Assembly: GCF_004010195.1 (NCBI RefSeq)
Contig: NC_057755.1
Coordinates: forward strand, 12,146,966 to 12,210,965
From: Chiloscyllium plagiosum
Taxonomy: Eukaryota
Direction of reading: 5' to 3'
DNA length: 64,000 nucleotides
Positions 13,363-25,458 of this stretch are shown here, in pieces. The position numbers were made by a program, and so were the translations under genes. The number at the start of each line of letters is the position of its first letter. The stretch's first letter is position 1. Below the pieces are notes generated by a model. It was not told the origin of the DNA. It saw only the letters and a list, made by a program, of their open reading frames with translations, and did no database searches.

Positions 13363-13566
13363 TGTGAGTTTTCCTCTGGGTGCTCCAGTTTCCTCCCACA
13401 ATCCAAAGACATGCAGGTCAGGTGAATTGCCCATGCTAAATTGGCCAGAGTGTTAGGTGCATTAGTCAGAGGTAAATGTAGGGTAAAAGGGTAGGGGAAT
13501 GTGTCTGGGTGGGTCAGTGTGGACTAGCTGGGCCAAGTGGCCTGTTACCACACTGTAGGGAATCTA
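13363..13566 (+). mobile_element. HE1-type SINE 3' fragment
   Basis: GGGTGCTCCAGTTTCCTCCCACAATCCAAAGA core and ACACTGTAGGGAATCT tail. Confidence 0.75.
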
Positions 13567-13647
13567 AAAAAAAAGATGGTCCAGTTGACTAGCGATCCTT
13601 CCTCCACCTTCTTCACAGTCACTCTGACAGTATTGCAGTCTCCCTGG

Positions 13648-15109
13648 ATCAATGGTGCTGGAAGAGCACAGCAGTTCAGGCAACATCGAGGAGCTTCAGC
13701 AAAATCGACGTTTTGGGCAAAAGCCCTTCATCAGGAATAAAGGCAGAGAGCCTGAAGCGTGGAGAGATAAGCTAGGGGAGGGTGAGGGTGGGGAGAGAGT
13801 AGCATAGAGTACAATNNNNNNNNNNNNNNNNNNNNNNNNNNNNNNNNNNNNNNNNNNNNNNNNNNNNNNNNNNNNNNNNNNNNNNNNNNNNNNNNNNNNN
13901 NNNNNNNNNNNNNNNNNNNNNNNNNNNNNNNNNNNNNNNNNNNNNNNNNNNNNNNNNNNNNNNNNNNNNNNNNNNNNNNNNNNNNNNNNNNNNNNNNNNN
14001 NNNNNNNNNNNNNNNNNNNNNNNNNNNNNNNNNNNNNNNNNNNNNNNNNNNNNNNNNNNNNNNNNNNNNNNNNNNNNNNNNNNNNNNNNNNNNNNNNNNN
14101 NNNNNNNNNNNNNNNNNNNNNNNNNNNNNNNNNNNNNNNNNNNNNNNNNNNNNNNNNNNNNNNNNNNNNNNNNNNNNNNNNNNNNNNNNNNNNNNNNNNN
14201 NNNNNNNNNNNNNNNNNNNNNNNNNNNNNNNNNNNNNNNNNNNNNNNNNNNNNNNNNNNNNNNNNNNNNNNNNNNNNNNNNNNNNNNNNNNNNNNNNNNN
14301 NNNNNNNNNNNNNNNNNNNNNNNNNNNNNNNNNNNNNNNNNNNNNNNNNNNNNNNNNNNNNNNNNNNNNNNNNNNNNNNNNNNNNNNNNNNNNNNNNNNN
14401 NNNNNNNNNNNNNNNNNNNNNNNNNNNNNNNNNNNNNNNNNNNNNNNNNNNNNNNNNNNNNNNNNNNNNNNNNNNNNNNNNNNNNNNNNNNNNNNNNNNN
14501 NNNNNNNNNNNNNNNNNNNNNNNNNNNNNNNNNNNNNNNNNNNNNNNNNNNNNNNNNNNNNNNNNNNNNNNNNNNNNNNNNNNNNNNNNNNNNNNNNNNN
14601 NNNNNNNNNNNNNNNNNNNNNNNNNNNNNNNNNNNNNNNNNNNNNNNNGGGCCTTGGATAGAGGTGAGTGAGGAGGTGTGGGCGCAGGTTTTACAGTTCC
14701 TGCGGTGGCAGGTGAAAGTGCCAGGATGGGTTGTAGGGGGGCGTGGACCTGACCAGGTAGTCACGGAGGGAACGGTCTTTGCGGAAGGCGGAAAGGGGTG
14801 GGGAGGGAAATATATCCCTGGTGGTGGGGTCTTTTTGGAGGTGGCGGAAATGTCGGCGGATGATTTGGTTTATGCGGAGGTTTGTAGGGTGGAAGGTGAG
14901 CACCAGGGGCGTTCTGTCCTTGTTACGGTTGGAGGGGTGGGGTCTGAGGGCGGAGGTGTGGGATGTGGACGAGATGTGTTGGAGGGCACCTTTAACAACG
15001 TGGGAAGGGAAATTGCGGTCTCTAAAGAAGGAGACCATCTGGTGTGTTCTGTGGTGGAACTGGTCCTCCTGGGAGGAGATACGGCGGAGGCGGAGGAATT
15101 GGGAATACG
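13648..15109 (-). mobile_element. Penelope-like element, 5'-truncated, spanning an N gap
   Basis: Perfect 15-bp TSD TTGCAGTCTCCCTGG (13633-13647 / 15110-15124). Protein FFRDRNFPSHVVK...RTPLVLTFHPTN...TCHRRNCKTC. Confidence 0.88.
13816..14648. other. Assembly gap (N run)
   Basis: Run of N. Confidence 1.
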
Positions 15110-15329
15110 TTGCAGTCTCCCTGGCCTAGGGCACATACAGTAGTAGAGGCAATAGCTCTATTTGGCTGTTCATTCACTGAATTGACGTTAGGCCGAAGCC
15201 AGCATAAAGATCCACCAGTAGCAGCTCAGTTCAACCAATAATTTTCCACACTCTTCTCACAAACTCTTTCAATGATGAAGGTTCTCAGCCCAGACCCAGG
15301 GTTAAAGATGTCTTCCCTGCCAAGTAAGT

Positions 15330-15650
15330 ATTGTCAGCAGCTCCCACGTATGTGTGGGAATGGTTGGGTAAACCCTGGATTTGGCTACGCATCAGTTATG
15401 CTGGTTCTTTCACGGGTGCTATGTTTTTAGTAATTGTGGACACCCATTCAAAATAGTTGGGTGTACGCTGAGTTCATTTGTCAAACACAGGGATGATGGT
15501 TGAAAAGTTGCGAGCATCTTTTGCAATACAAGGACTCCTGGAGGTGTTCGCCACAGACAACAAGGAATTTGAATATTTCTTCAAGTTGAACCGTATTGGG
15601 CATATAAACAAAGCTCCATACCATCCACCATGTAACAGTCTGACTAAAGA
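15330..15650 (+). mobile_element. Gypsy integrase core fragment
   Basis: WEWLGKPWIWLRISYAGSFTGAMFLVIVDTHSK, FATDN and KAPYHPPCNSL motifs. Confidence 0.75.
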
Positions 15651-15654
15651 GCTT

Positions 15655-16780
15655 TCAGGGCAGAGTGTTGGACGTGATCTATCTGGACTTCAATAAGGCA
15701 TTCGACAAAGTTCCTCATGGTAGTCTGGTTAGCAAGTTTAGATCTCATGAAATACAGGGAGAACTAGCCATTTTTTTACATTACTGGCTTAAAGGTAGAA
15801 GACAGAGGGTGTTGGTGGAGGATTGCTTTTCAGACTGGAGGCCTGTGACTGATGGTGTGCCACAAGATTGGGTGCAGGTTTACATCATTTATATAAATGA
15901 TTTGGATGTGAACCTAGGAGGTAAAGTTGCTACGTTTGCAGATGACACCAAAATTGGAGGACAGCGAAGAAGGTTACCTCAGAGTACAATGGGATCTTGA
16001 TCAGATGGGCAAATGAGTTGAGGAGTGGCAGATGAAGTTTAATTTAGATAAATGTGAGGTGCTACATTTTGGAAAGGCAAATCAGAGCAGGACTTATAGA
16101 CTTAATGGTAAGGTTCTGGGGAGTGTTGCTGAACAAAGAAACCTTGTAGTGCGAGTTCATTGTTCCTTGAAAGTGGAATTGCAATAGATAGGATAGTGAA
16201 GAAGGCATTTGGTATGCTTTCCTTTATTAGACAGAACATTTGAGTATATGTTGCAGGTGTACAGGACATTGATTAGGCCACTGTTGGAATATTGTGTGCA
16301 ATTCTGGTCTCCTTCCTATCGGAAGGTTATTGTGAAACTTGAGAGGGTTCAGAAAAGATCTACAAGGATGTTGCCAGGATTAGAGGCTATAAGGAGAGGT
16401 TGAATAGGCTGGGGATGTTTTTCCCGGAGCATCAGAGACTGAGGGGTGATCTTATAGAGATTTATAAAATCATGAGAGGCATGAGAGCAAATAGACAAAG
16501 TCTTTTCCCTGGGGGAGTCCAGAACTAGAGGGCATAGGTTAAGGGTGAGATGGAAAAATTTAAAAGGGACCTAAGGGGCAACTTTTTCACACAGAAGGTG
16601 GCTCATGTATGGAATGAGCTGCCAGAGGAAATGATGGAAGCTGGTACAATTGCAACATTTAAAAGGCACCTGGATGGGAATATGAATAGGAAGGGTTTAG
16701 TGGGATATGGGCCAAGTGCTGGCAAATGGGACTAGTTTAATTTAGGATATCTGGTTGGCGTGGACGAGTTGGACTGAAGA
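15655..16780 (+). mobile_element. CR1/HER1-type LINE 3' part
   Basis: DVIYLDFNKAFDKVPHG, FADDTK and RPLLEYCVQFWSP motifs. Confidence 0.92.
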
Positions 16781-16789
16781 CTCTGTACA

Positions 16790-18680
16790 CAAAGGCTTTA
16801 TCCTTATATGCAAAGTGGAAACCGCTCGTCTTTTTAATATTGATCTTCCCTCCAGCATTATTGCAAAACCGATGTACAATTCTCACGTTTTCCTCCATTC
16901 CTGAATAAGAATCACTTAAAAGTGCAACATCATCAGAAAAAGTAAGGGATGAACAATGATACGCCTCCCCTTCAAATTATACCAGATCTGGTATCTTCAA
17001 GCATTCATATCAGGGGATTCAACACTATATTAAACAAAATTGGTGACAGTGTCACCTTGTTTCACTCCTCGTGCTATTTTAATTGGGGACATTCTGACAA
17101 GTATATCCCTCCACCACTATTGTATTATCAGTATAAAGATTTACTATCAATCAAATAAGCTGAAAATGTGTTGCTGGAAAAGCGCAGCAGGTCAGGCAGC
17201 ATCCAAGGAGCAGGGGAATCGATGTTTCGGGCATGAGCCCTTCGTCAGGAATGAGGAAAGTGTGCCTAGCAGGCTAAGATAAAAGGTAGGGAGGAGGGAC
17301 TTGGGGCAGGGGCGTTGGAAATGCAATAGGTGGAAGGAGGTTAAGGTGAGGGTGATAAGGTGAGGGTGATAGGACGGAGTGGGGGTGGGCTATCACCCTC
17401 ACCTTATCACTCTCACCTTAACCTCCTTCCACCTATTGCATTCCCAACGACCCTCCCCCAAGTCTCTCCTCCCTACCTTTTATCTTAGCCTACTTGGCAC
17501 ACTTTCCTCATTCCTGAAGAAGGGCTCATGCCCGAAGCGTCGATTCTCCTGCTCCTTGGATGCTGCCTGACCTGCTGCGCTTTTCCAGCAACACATTTTC
17601 GGCTCTGATCTCCAGAATCTGCAGTCCTCACTTTCTCCTATCAACCAAATAAGCTTGTTGTGATGCCTTAACCAGCAGCCTTGGTCCTATTGAAACAAAT
17701 GCTTTTGCTCGATCAATACAAATAACAGCTAATTCTAGCCTATTCTTTTTAGCGCCTTTAATAATATTATCAAGAATTTTAACATTTGCATTACAACCTG
17801 ACATTCCAGCCAAAAACCTTTTTGTCTTAAATTTAATTCTACAGCATCACTCAATCTCCTAGCTAGTATCTTTGTTAAAAATCCTAAGCAGAAGGAGTTT
17901 TATGCTAATTGGTCGCCAATTGTCTATGTCCTTAAGGCTGGCCTTATCATTAGATTTAGAAATCAAAGTGGTTCTACTATTCTTCAAACATCCAGGGATA
18001 ACCCCAGTTTTTATCCATAGAGTGAAAAGGCTAGACAATCTAGTCTCATCCTTCTTATGGAGAGACTGTAACTAATGCCATCGGGTCCTGATGTCTTTGG
18101 GTCTATTCTACTGACGACATCTTCAACTTCTTTTATACTAATTGGTTCTATCAACCGATCTTTCCTCATTATACCCTTAAAGCTGCAAACCTCACAACGT
18201 TTACCTTTCCACTTGGAACAGAGAGTTTGTCTTTAAAAACCCGTTCTAATTCCTCCTTATTCAAAAGATAGGAGCTGTTTGAATGTGCTCCCATCAACTG
18301 TCTAGCCAGCTGCTATCTTCTCCATTCGTATAACGATTGCATTTTCGAAATCCAGCTTTTCTACTGAGAGATCTTCTCTGTGCTTTATTCCTACGTCTGT
18401 TAAATTTATTCTTCACCTTTAAATATTTACTCTTACCACTCCAGAGACTTTCCCCAGTATTGTGCAAAACTTTCCTTTGCAGATAATTTTCCAATTCCAC
18501 TTTGAAAGCCACAATTGATCTGTCTCCATCATACGTTTGGGCAGTGCATCTAGATCCTAACCACACTGTAGAAGAAGCTTTTTGACAAATAACAGTGCTT
18601 TCTTTGCTAATCAATTTAAATAGGCCCTTAGTTTTTCTACCAACTGTTTCTCTCTATCAACTCCGTCTAGACCCCTCAAA
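16790..18680 (-). mobile_element. R2-like non-LTR retrotransposon RT remnant, split by a PLE insertion
   Basis: Minus-strand fragments TSGPDGI, LFTLWIKTGVIPGCLKNSRTTLISK, WRPISI, LRQKGF.GMSGCNANVKIL, AVICIDRAKAF, IARGVKQGD.LSPILFNIVL and FSDDVALLSDSY. Confidence 0.7.
17162..17637. mobile_element. Fold-back PLE terminal-repeat element
   Basis: Two inverted arms of about 220 bp. 18-bp TSD CTATCAA(T/C)CAAATAAGCT (17144-17161 / 17638-17655). Confidence 0.85.
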
Positions 18681-18827
18681 ATTTGGACATCTACACTAAA
18701 TCTCCTTTCAACCTCTCTCTTCCCCAAAGAGATGTATCACAAACACTCCAGTTAATCCATGTAACTGAAGTTCCTCTTTCCTGGAATCATTCTCATAAAC
18801 CAGTCCGTAGAATCCCTACAGTGCAGA

Positions 18828-19030
18828 AGCAGGCCATTCAGTCCATTGAGCCACAGGAACCAATCCCTGTAACCCTGCAATTCCCATTGGTTAATGCACT
18901 AGCCTACGCATCCTTCGACTATGGGAGGAAACTGGAGCACCCGGAGGAAACCCACGCAGACATGGGAGAATGTTCAAACGCCCAAAGGTGGAATTGAACC
19001 CGGGTCCCAGGCACTGTGTGGCTAAAGTGT
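18828..19030 (-). mobile_element. HE1-type SINE (degenerate)
   Basis: GGGAGGAAACTGGAGCACCCGGAGGAAACCCACGCAGAC core and GAATTGAACCC (reverse B-box). Confidence 0.75.
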
Positions 19031-19145
19031 TAAGCAATGCTGCCCTGTTCTCAACTTCCCTAATGCCTTTACATTTTTTCTAAACTGCAGAATTGGATGG
19101 CAATATTCTAGTCGAAGCTGAAACTGTAGGTGATTCAGGATTAAC

Positions 19146-19562
19146 ATGATTTGGAGATGGGGTGTACAAAGTTAAAAATCACACAACACCAGGTTATAGT
19201 CCAACAGGTTTAATTGGAAGCACACTAGCTTTCGGAGCAACGCTCCTTCATCAGGTGATTGTGGAGGGCTCGATTTTAACACAGAATTTATAGCAAAAAT
19301 GTGCAGTGTGATGTAACTGAAATTATACATTGAAAAATTGATTGTGTGTTAAGCCTTACAAGATGAAAGGCTTTGAAAGGCTTAACACACAATCAATTTT
19401 TCAATGTATAATTTCAGTTACATCACACTGCAAATTTTTGCTATAAATTCTGTGTTACGATTGAGCCCTCCACAATCTCTTGATGAAGGAGCATTGCTCC
19501 GAAAGCTGGTGTGCTTCCAATTAAACCTGTTGGACTATAACCTGGTGTTGTGTGATTTTTAA
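19146..19562. mobile_element. Fold-back PLE terminal-repeat element (second family)
   Basis: Inverted arms of about 190 bp. Perfect TSD CAGGATTAAC (19136-19145 / 19563-19572). Confidence 0.85.
19223..19257 (-). ncRNA. Minimal hammerhead ribozyme motif
   Basis: CAC CUGAUGA A GGAGC-GUU-GCUCC GAAA GC UA GUG. Core intact, 3-bp helix I, AGCU palindrome at helix III. Confidence 0.7.
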
Positions 19563-19629
19563 CAGGATTAACTTAGCTTCCTTCCTCGTCAATTCTATGC
19601 CACTATTATTAAAGTCCAGGATACTGTTT

Positions 19630-22040
19630 AGAAGCATAAAGTCATACAACAACAAAAGAGTCCCTTTGGCCCACCATATCTATGCCAACCAATAAACACC
19701 AAACCACAATAATCAAATTTACCACACTTGGTCCATAGCCCACTATGCCTTGCTTGTCTAGATGTTTCTTAAATGTTGCAAGAGTACTTGTGTCCCCCAC
19801 TCAGGCAACATGTTCCATATTTCAACCACCCTCTGAGTGAATTTTGTTTTCCTCAGAATCCCTCTAAATCACTTATTACTCATCTTAAACCTATGCCCCT
19901 TGGTCTTAGAAACAACTACAATGGGGAAAGTAATTCTCATGATCTATCTTATCAATCCCTCTCATAATTTTGTAAACCTCAATCAGATCACCCCACAGCG
20001 TCCTCTGCTCCAGGGAAAACAACACCAGCCTATCTAGTCCCTCCTTATAACTGAGAATTTCTGCCTCATGTGGTGGATCTCTGCTGCATCCTCTCCAACG
20101 CAATCATGTCTTCCCGATAATGTAGTGACCAGAAATACTTATAGTATTCTATCTGTGGCCTAACAATGTTTTATATATTTGCAACAAGACTTCCCTGCTC
20201 CTATATTTTACACCTGGTTAATGAAGACAAGCATCCCCTTTCCCTTCTTCACCATTGTGTGTCACCTCTGCTGACACCTTCAGGGATCTATGGACTTCTA
20301 AGCCAAGGTCCCTTTGTCCCTCAGTACTCCTTAGGGACCTACTGTTCATTGTGTATATCCTTCCCTTATTAGACCTCCCAAAATGTATCACCTCACATTA
20401 TCAGGATTAAATTCCATCTGCCATTGTGCGGCCCAATTTACTAGTTGCTTAATATCATATTGTAGCCTGAGACCATCCTCCTTACTATCAACAACATCAC
20501 CAATTTTCATGTTATTGCAACGTACTAACTATATCTTCTGCTTTCATATCAAAGTCGTTAATGTTCATAACAAACAGCAAATTTCCCAGCACTGATCCCT
20601 GTGATACACCGTTGGTCACAGGCTTCCCATCAGAAAATCAACCCTCCACCATTACCCTTTGCCTCCTATTTGCAAGCCAATTTTTCATTCAGTTTTCCAA
20701 TTTATCCTGTATCCTTTCGGCTCTTACCTTTTGGACTAGGCTTTCACTTGGGATCTTATGAAAGGCTTTCCTGAAGTCCATCTACTCAACAATTGCACAA
20801 ATCTTATCAATATGTTTAGTTAAAAAAAAGCAATCAAATTAGTCAGACAGGATATCTCTCCAACAAATCCATGCTGACAATCTCTGATCAATCCCTCCCT
20901 TTCCAAGTGTTGATTAATCCTGTCCCACAAAGTTTTTTTTCCCCAGTAAGTTCCCGACCAATGATGTCAGGCTAACTGGCCTGTCGTTACCTGGCCTATC
21001 CCTGCTGCACCACTTGAACAAAGGAACCATGTCAGCTATCCTCCAGTTATCTGGCACTTCACCAGTGGCTAACGAAGTATTAAATGTTTCTGTCGGCGCT
21101 CCAGCAATTTCCCCTCTTAGCTCCATAGCAGCCTAGGATACACCTCATCAGCTTAATGCCTGCTAAAACATCTAAAACCTCCTCCTCCTTACATGATCTA
21201 GAACCTCACCATACCAACTGAAATCTTCAGCTAGAATGTGTTTCTCCTTTGTGAGTACAGATGAGAAATACTAATTTAAGATCTCACCCATGTCCTCTTA
21301 CTCCACAATAGATTTGATCTTTAAAACACCCTTTGATCTTTAAAATGCCTCATTCTTTACCTTCTTGTTCTTAATAAACTTATAAAATACCTCGGGATTT
21401 TCCTTAACCTTGTCTGTCAAAGATATTTTGTGGTTCCTGTCTGCCTTTCAAGTTTCTTCTTTAAGCACCCCTCTACAGTATCTATACTCCTTAAGGTTCT
21501 CCTCCATTTTTAATGTGTTGTACATATGAACATGTGTTTCCTTCTTTTTCTTTATCAAACACCTGATATTTCTTACTATCCAGGATTCTCTGGATTCTCT
21601 GCCCTTGCCCTTCACTCTTAGAGGAACATGCTGGCCTTGCACACTTACTTTACTAGTTTTAAAAGACTGTTACTTTCCAAATGCCAGTAGCTACTACAAG
21701 TTTATGTTTGCCAAATCTTTTCTAATGATATTGAAATTGACCTTCCCCAAGTTTAGACAATTAACTTCTGCACTATACTTATCCCTTTCTATAATGACTC
21801 TGAAACGGACAGAGTTTTGATCATTATTGCAAAAATACTTGCCCACTAATACTTTAACCACTTGACCAGCTTCATTCCCCAGGATTAGATCTAGTACTGC
21901 CCCTTCTCGAGTAGGATATCTAGGTACTGGCACAAAAAGCTCTCCTGGATGCACTTTAAAAATTCCACCTTGCCTAACCCTTTTGCACTGCAGTGATCAC
22001 TTTTCATGCTAGCACAGTTGAAATCTACTACTACAACCTA
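19630..22040 (-). mobile_element. Older CR1-type LINE ORF2
   Basis: FSLEQRTLWGDLIEVYK, PGNDRPVSLTS and PTREGAVLDLILGNE motifs. Confidence 0.88.
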
Positions 22041-22059
22041 ATTGCTCTCACACCTTTCA

Positions 22060-22382
22060 CAGAATCCCTGCAGTGTGGAAATAGACCATTTGGCACACAC
22101 TGATCCTCTAAAAACCATCCCACAAAGACCCACTTCCCTACCCTGTAACCTTGCATTTACCAGTGCTAATCCAACTAGCCTGCACATCGTTCGATGCCAT
22201 GGACAATTTAGCTTGGCAATCCACCCAACCTGCACATCTTTGGACTGTGGAAGAAAACCCATGCAGACACTAGGAGAATATGCAAACTCCACACAGACTG
22301 GAATCTGTCTGATTCCGAGGCTGGAATCGAACTCGAACTCCTAGCACTGTAAGATAGCATGCCATTGAGCTACTGTACCACC
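22060..22382 (-). mobile_element. HE1-type SINE
   Basis: TGCACATCTTTGGACTGTGG and TGCAAACTCCACACAGAC core. Confidence 0.8.
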
Positions 22383-23897
22383 CTTTCTGTAATTTGCCTA
22401 CATAATTGCTCCTTAATTTCCTTCTGATTTTTAAACTCTGCCTAGATTATCATTTGAAAACCCTCAGAACATAGAATATAGAACATTACAGTGCAGTACA
22501 GGCCCTTCAGCCTTCAAAGTTGCGCTGCCCTGTGAAACCAATCTGAAGCCCATCTAACCTAAACTATTCCATTCTTGTCCATATGCCTAATCCAATGACC
22601 ATTTAAATGCCCGTAACATTTGCGAATCCACAACTGTTGCAAGCAGTGCATTCTATACCCCTACTACTCTCTGAGTAAAGAAACTACCTCTGACATCTGT
22701 CCTATATCTATCACCTCTCAATTTGAAGCTATGCACCCTCATGTTAACCATCACCATCCTAAGAAAAAGGATCTCACAGTCCACCCAATCTAACCCTCTG
22801 ATTATCCTATATGTCTCAATTAAGTCAACTCTTAACCTCCTTCCCTCTAATGAAAACAGCCTCAAGTCCATCAACCTTCCGTTGTAAGACCTTCCCTCCA
22901 TACCAGGCAACATCCTAGTAAATCTCTTCTGAACCCTTTCCAAAGCTTCCGCATCCTTCCTATAATGCGGTTAGCAGAATTGCAGGCAATACTCTAAGTG
23001 CGGCCTCACCAGAGTTTTGTACAGCTGCAGCATCTCATGGTTCTGAAACTCAATCCCTCTACCAATAAAAGCCAGCACACCATATGCCTTCTTAACAGTC
23101 CAATCAACTTGGATGGCAACTTTGAGGGATCTATTTACATGGACACTGAGATCTCTCTGCTCATCTACACTACCAAGAATCTTACATTCGCCCAGTACTC
23201 TGTATTCTTGTTACTCCTTGCAAAGTGAATCACGTCACGCTTTTTGGCATTAAACTCCATTTGCCATCTCTCAGGCCAACTCTGCAGCTTATCTATTTCC
23301 CTCTGTAACCTACAACGTCCTTCGGCACTATCACAACTGTACTTACCTTAGTATTGTCCGCAAATTTACTAAACCATCCTTCTACCTCCTCATCCAGGTC
23401 ATTTATAAAAATGATGAGCAGCAGTGAACCCAAAACAGATCCTTGCAGTACATCAACTCCAGGATGAATATTTCCCATCAACCACCACTCTCTGTCTTCT
23501 TTCAGCTGGCTAATTTCTGATCCAAACTGGTAAATCACCCTCAGTCCCATGCCTCCCTATTTTGTGTAGTAGCCTACCATGGGGAACATTATCAAATGCC
23601 TTACTGAAATCCATATACACCACTTTAATAGCTTGCTCTCATCCACCTGTTTTGTCACCTTCTCAAAGAACTCAATAAGGTTTGTGAGGCATGACCTACC
23701 CTTCACAAAACCGTGTTGGTAATCCCTAATCAATGTTTTCCTATCGAGTTGATTATAAATCCTAACTCTTATAACTTTTCCAACACTTTACCCACAACTC
23801 AAGTAAGGCTCAATGGTCGACCAGGGTTGTCTCTACTCCCCTTCTTGAACAAGGGAACAGCATTTGCTATCCTCCAGTCTTCTGGTACTATTCCTTC

Positions 23898-24594
23898 TGT
23901 TATGACATGGGGTAAACTTTCCTGCTTAATTTAAAACCAGCAACACAGAAATGATTTATCCCATGCAGTAATCTGTGAAAATTTATGTGGCCAAGAACAA
24001 TGTAAAGTAAAAATTAATAACTTTATTTCTTAAAATATAACTAACCCTTATTTTCAATTTCTTTCTCTAACCTATCTATTACCTTCCCTCTATAATACTA
24101 GTCTGATAAAGCTTCCAATTAAGATTTACAAAACAACACTTCTTATCTCAAAACCAGGCAGCTGTAGGTTCTTGTCTTCAGATCTCCCTTTGTCTTCTTT
24201 TCTCCTTGTTAGGAATTTCTGCATCACAGGTTACTGTTAGAAAAGGTAAGTTTAAGAGATTTTTTTTCAAGCAGTCTGGTACGTACTATATTTGGCAGTT
24301 CTCCTCACAATCGTTCAATTTTCCCCCGGTCTTAGACCCCAGAACATCGGATTGTGTCATTGGCTTTTAAGATTGTCAATATACTCAATTCAAACTTGAT
24401 TGTAAATTGGCATCTTTTTGGGGTATACTTTAAACAGATTGGCCAAATTTGCATTTGTTTTTACTCCAGGCAACAAGCTAATCGAGTTGTTTGACCGAGT
24501 GTTGCATTGTTACCTTCTTGAAAACACTTGGTGCTATGTCTGGTAGTTCTGCAGCTTTTAATTCTTTTAAAGATACACCCACATCTTCATAACA
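23898..24594 (-). repeat. 3' LTR (697 bp) of the Gypsy remnant
   Basis: TGTTATGA...TCATAACA termini, immediately preceded on the minus strand by the purine tract AAGGGGGGAGG (24595-24605). Confidence 0.85.
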
Positions 24595-25335
24595 CCTCCC
24601 CCCTTAAGAAAAAAATGAACCATCATAATGAAAAGATTGCTTTTTTTTCTACCTTTTAAACACATTACCCAAACATACTGGTAACTTTCATATACGTTTA
24701 CCTTAATTTCTTCCCACATACTAAATGTACATAAAACATTAAATAAAGATAAATCTCATCTCAACTCTATCAGTTAAATCTGCGATAACGTGTCTGCACC
24801 TACATTGTTCTGACCCGCAACATGTATGATTTTTAAATTAAAAGTCTGTAATATCAGACTCCAATGAAATAGTCTCATATTCTTATCTTTAAAACGTTCT
24901 AAGAATGTAAGTAGATTGTGGTCAGTGTACACAATTGTCTCCAACACATTGTTCGTGACAGACACATTAAAATTATGTAAGGCCAGTACCAAACTCAATA
25001 GTTCCTTTTCGATTGTGGAGTATTTCCTCTGGTGGTTGTTAACCTTCTTCGACAAGTAACCAACTGACAGTTCAATCCCATCCTCATTTTCCCGGAAGAA
25101 GACAGCTCCAACTCCAATGTCATGAGCATTGATGGCGACTTGAAAAGGTTTGAAAAGTTTGGTGTAGCTAAATCTGGTTTGATGGTCGATTTAAAATGGT
25201 CAAATGTCTCCTGGCATGTTCTATCCACCAAAACTTTGTGTTCTTCTTCAGATAATCGGTTAACGGTGCCACTACATTGCTGACGTTTGGAACAAACTTC
25301 CAATAGAAACCGCAGAGTCCTAAGAATCAAAGGAC

Positions 25336-25458
25336 GGGGATCCAAGATGGCGGCGACTCAGTAAGACTGAGTCTATAGTGCTCCTCCCAAGACTTGGGCA
25401 CAGTGGGTCACCCTTGTAAAAATGTTAAATTTCTAATAAAAATATCTATATAAAAAAA
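25336..25458 (+). mobile_element. 123-bp poly(A) retroposon with an L1-like 5' end
   Basis: Starts GGGGATCCAAGATGGCGG. AATAAA at 25435-25440, then an A tail. Perfect TSD AAGAATCAAAGGAC (25322-25335 / 25459-25472). Confidence 0.8.

Larger units (their letters stand above)
7676..15325 (-). mobile_element. Near full-length degenerate Tx1/L1-clade LINE with nested insertions
   Basis: T-rich 3' tail at 7676 and 7890. RT region LENNKTP...LYSVLWDLIGQDLLEVY...REEIRNW. AP-endonuclease-like ADLLFLQE near 10950. ORF1 remnants at about 12760-13360 and 15125-15325. Confidence 0.8.

Noticed and set aside
13772..14764. 330-aa ORF, and similar long ORFs at 20-1048
   Set aside because: Their length is inflated by N gaps and the remainder is PLE sequence.
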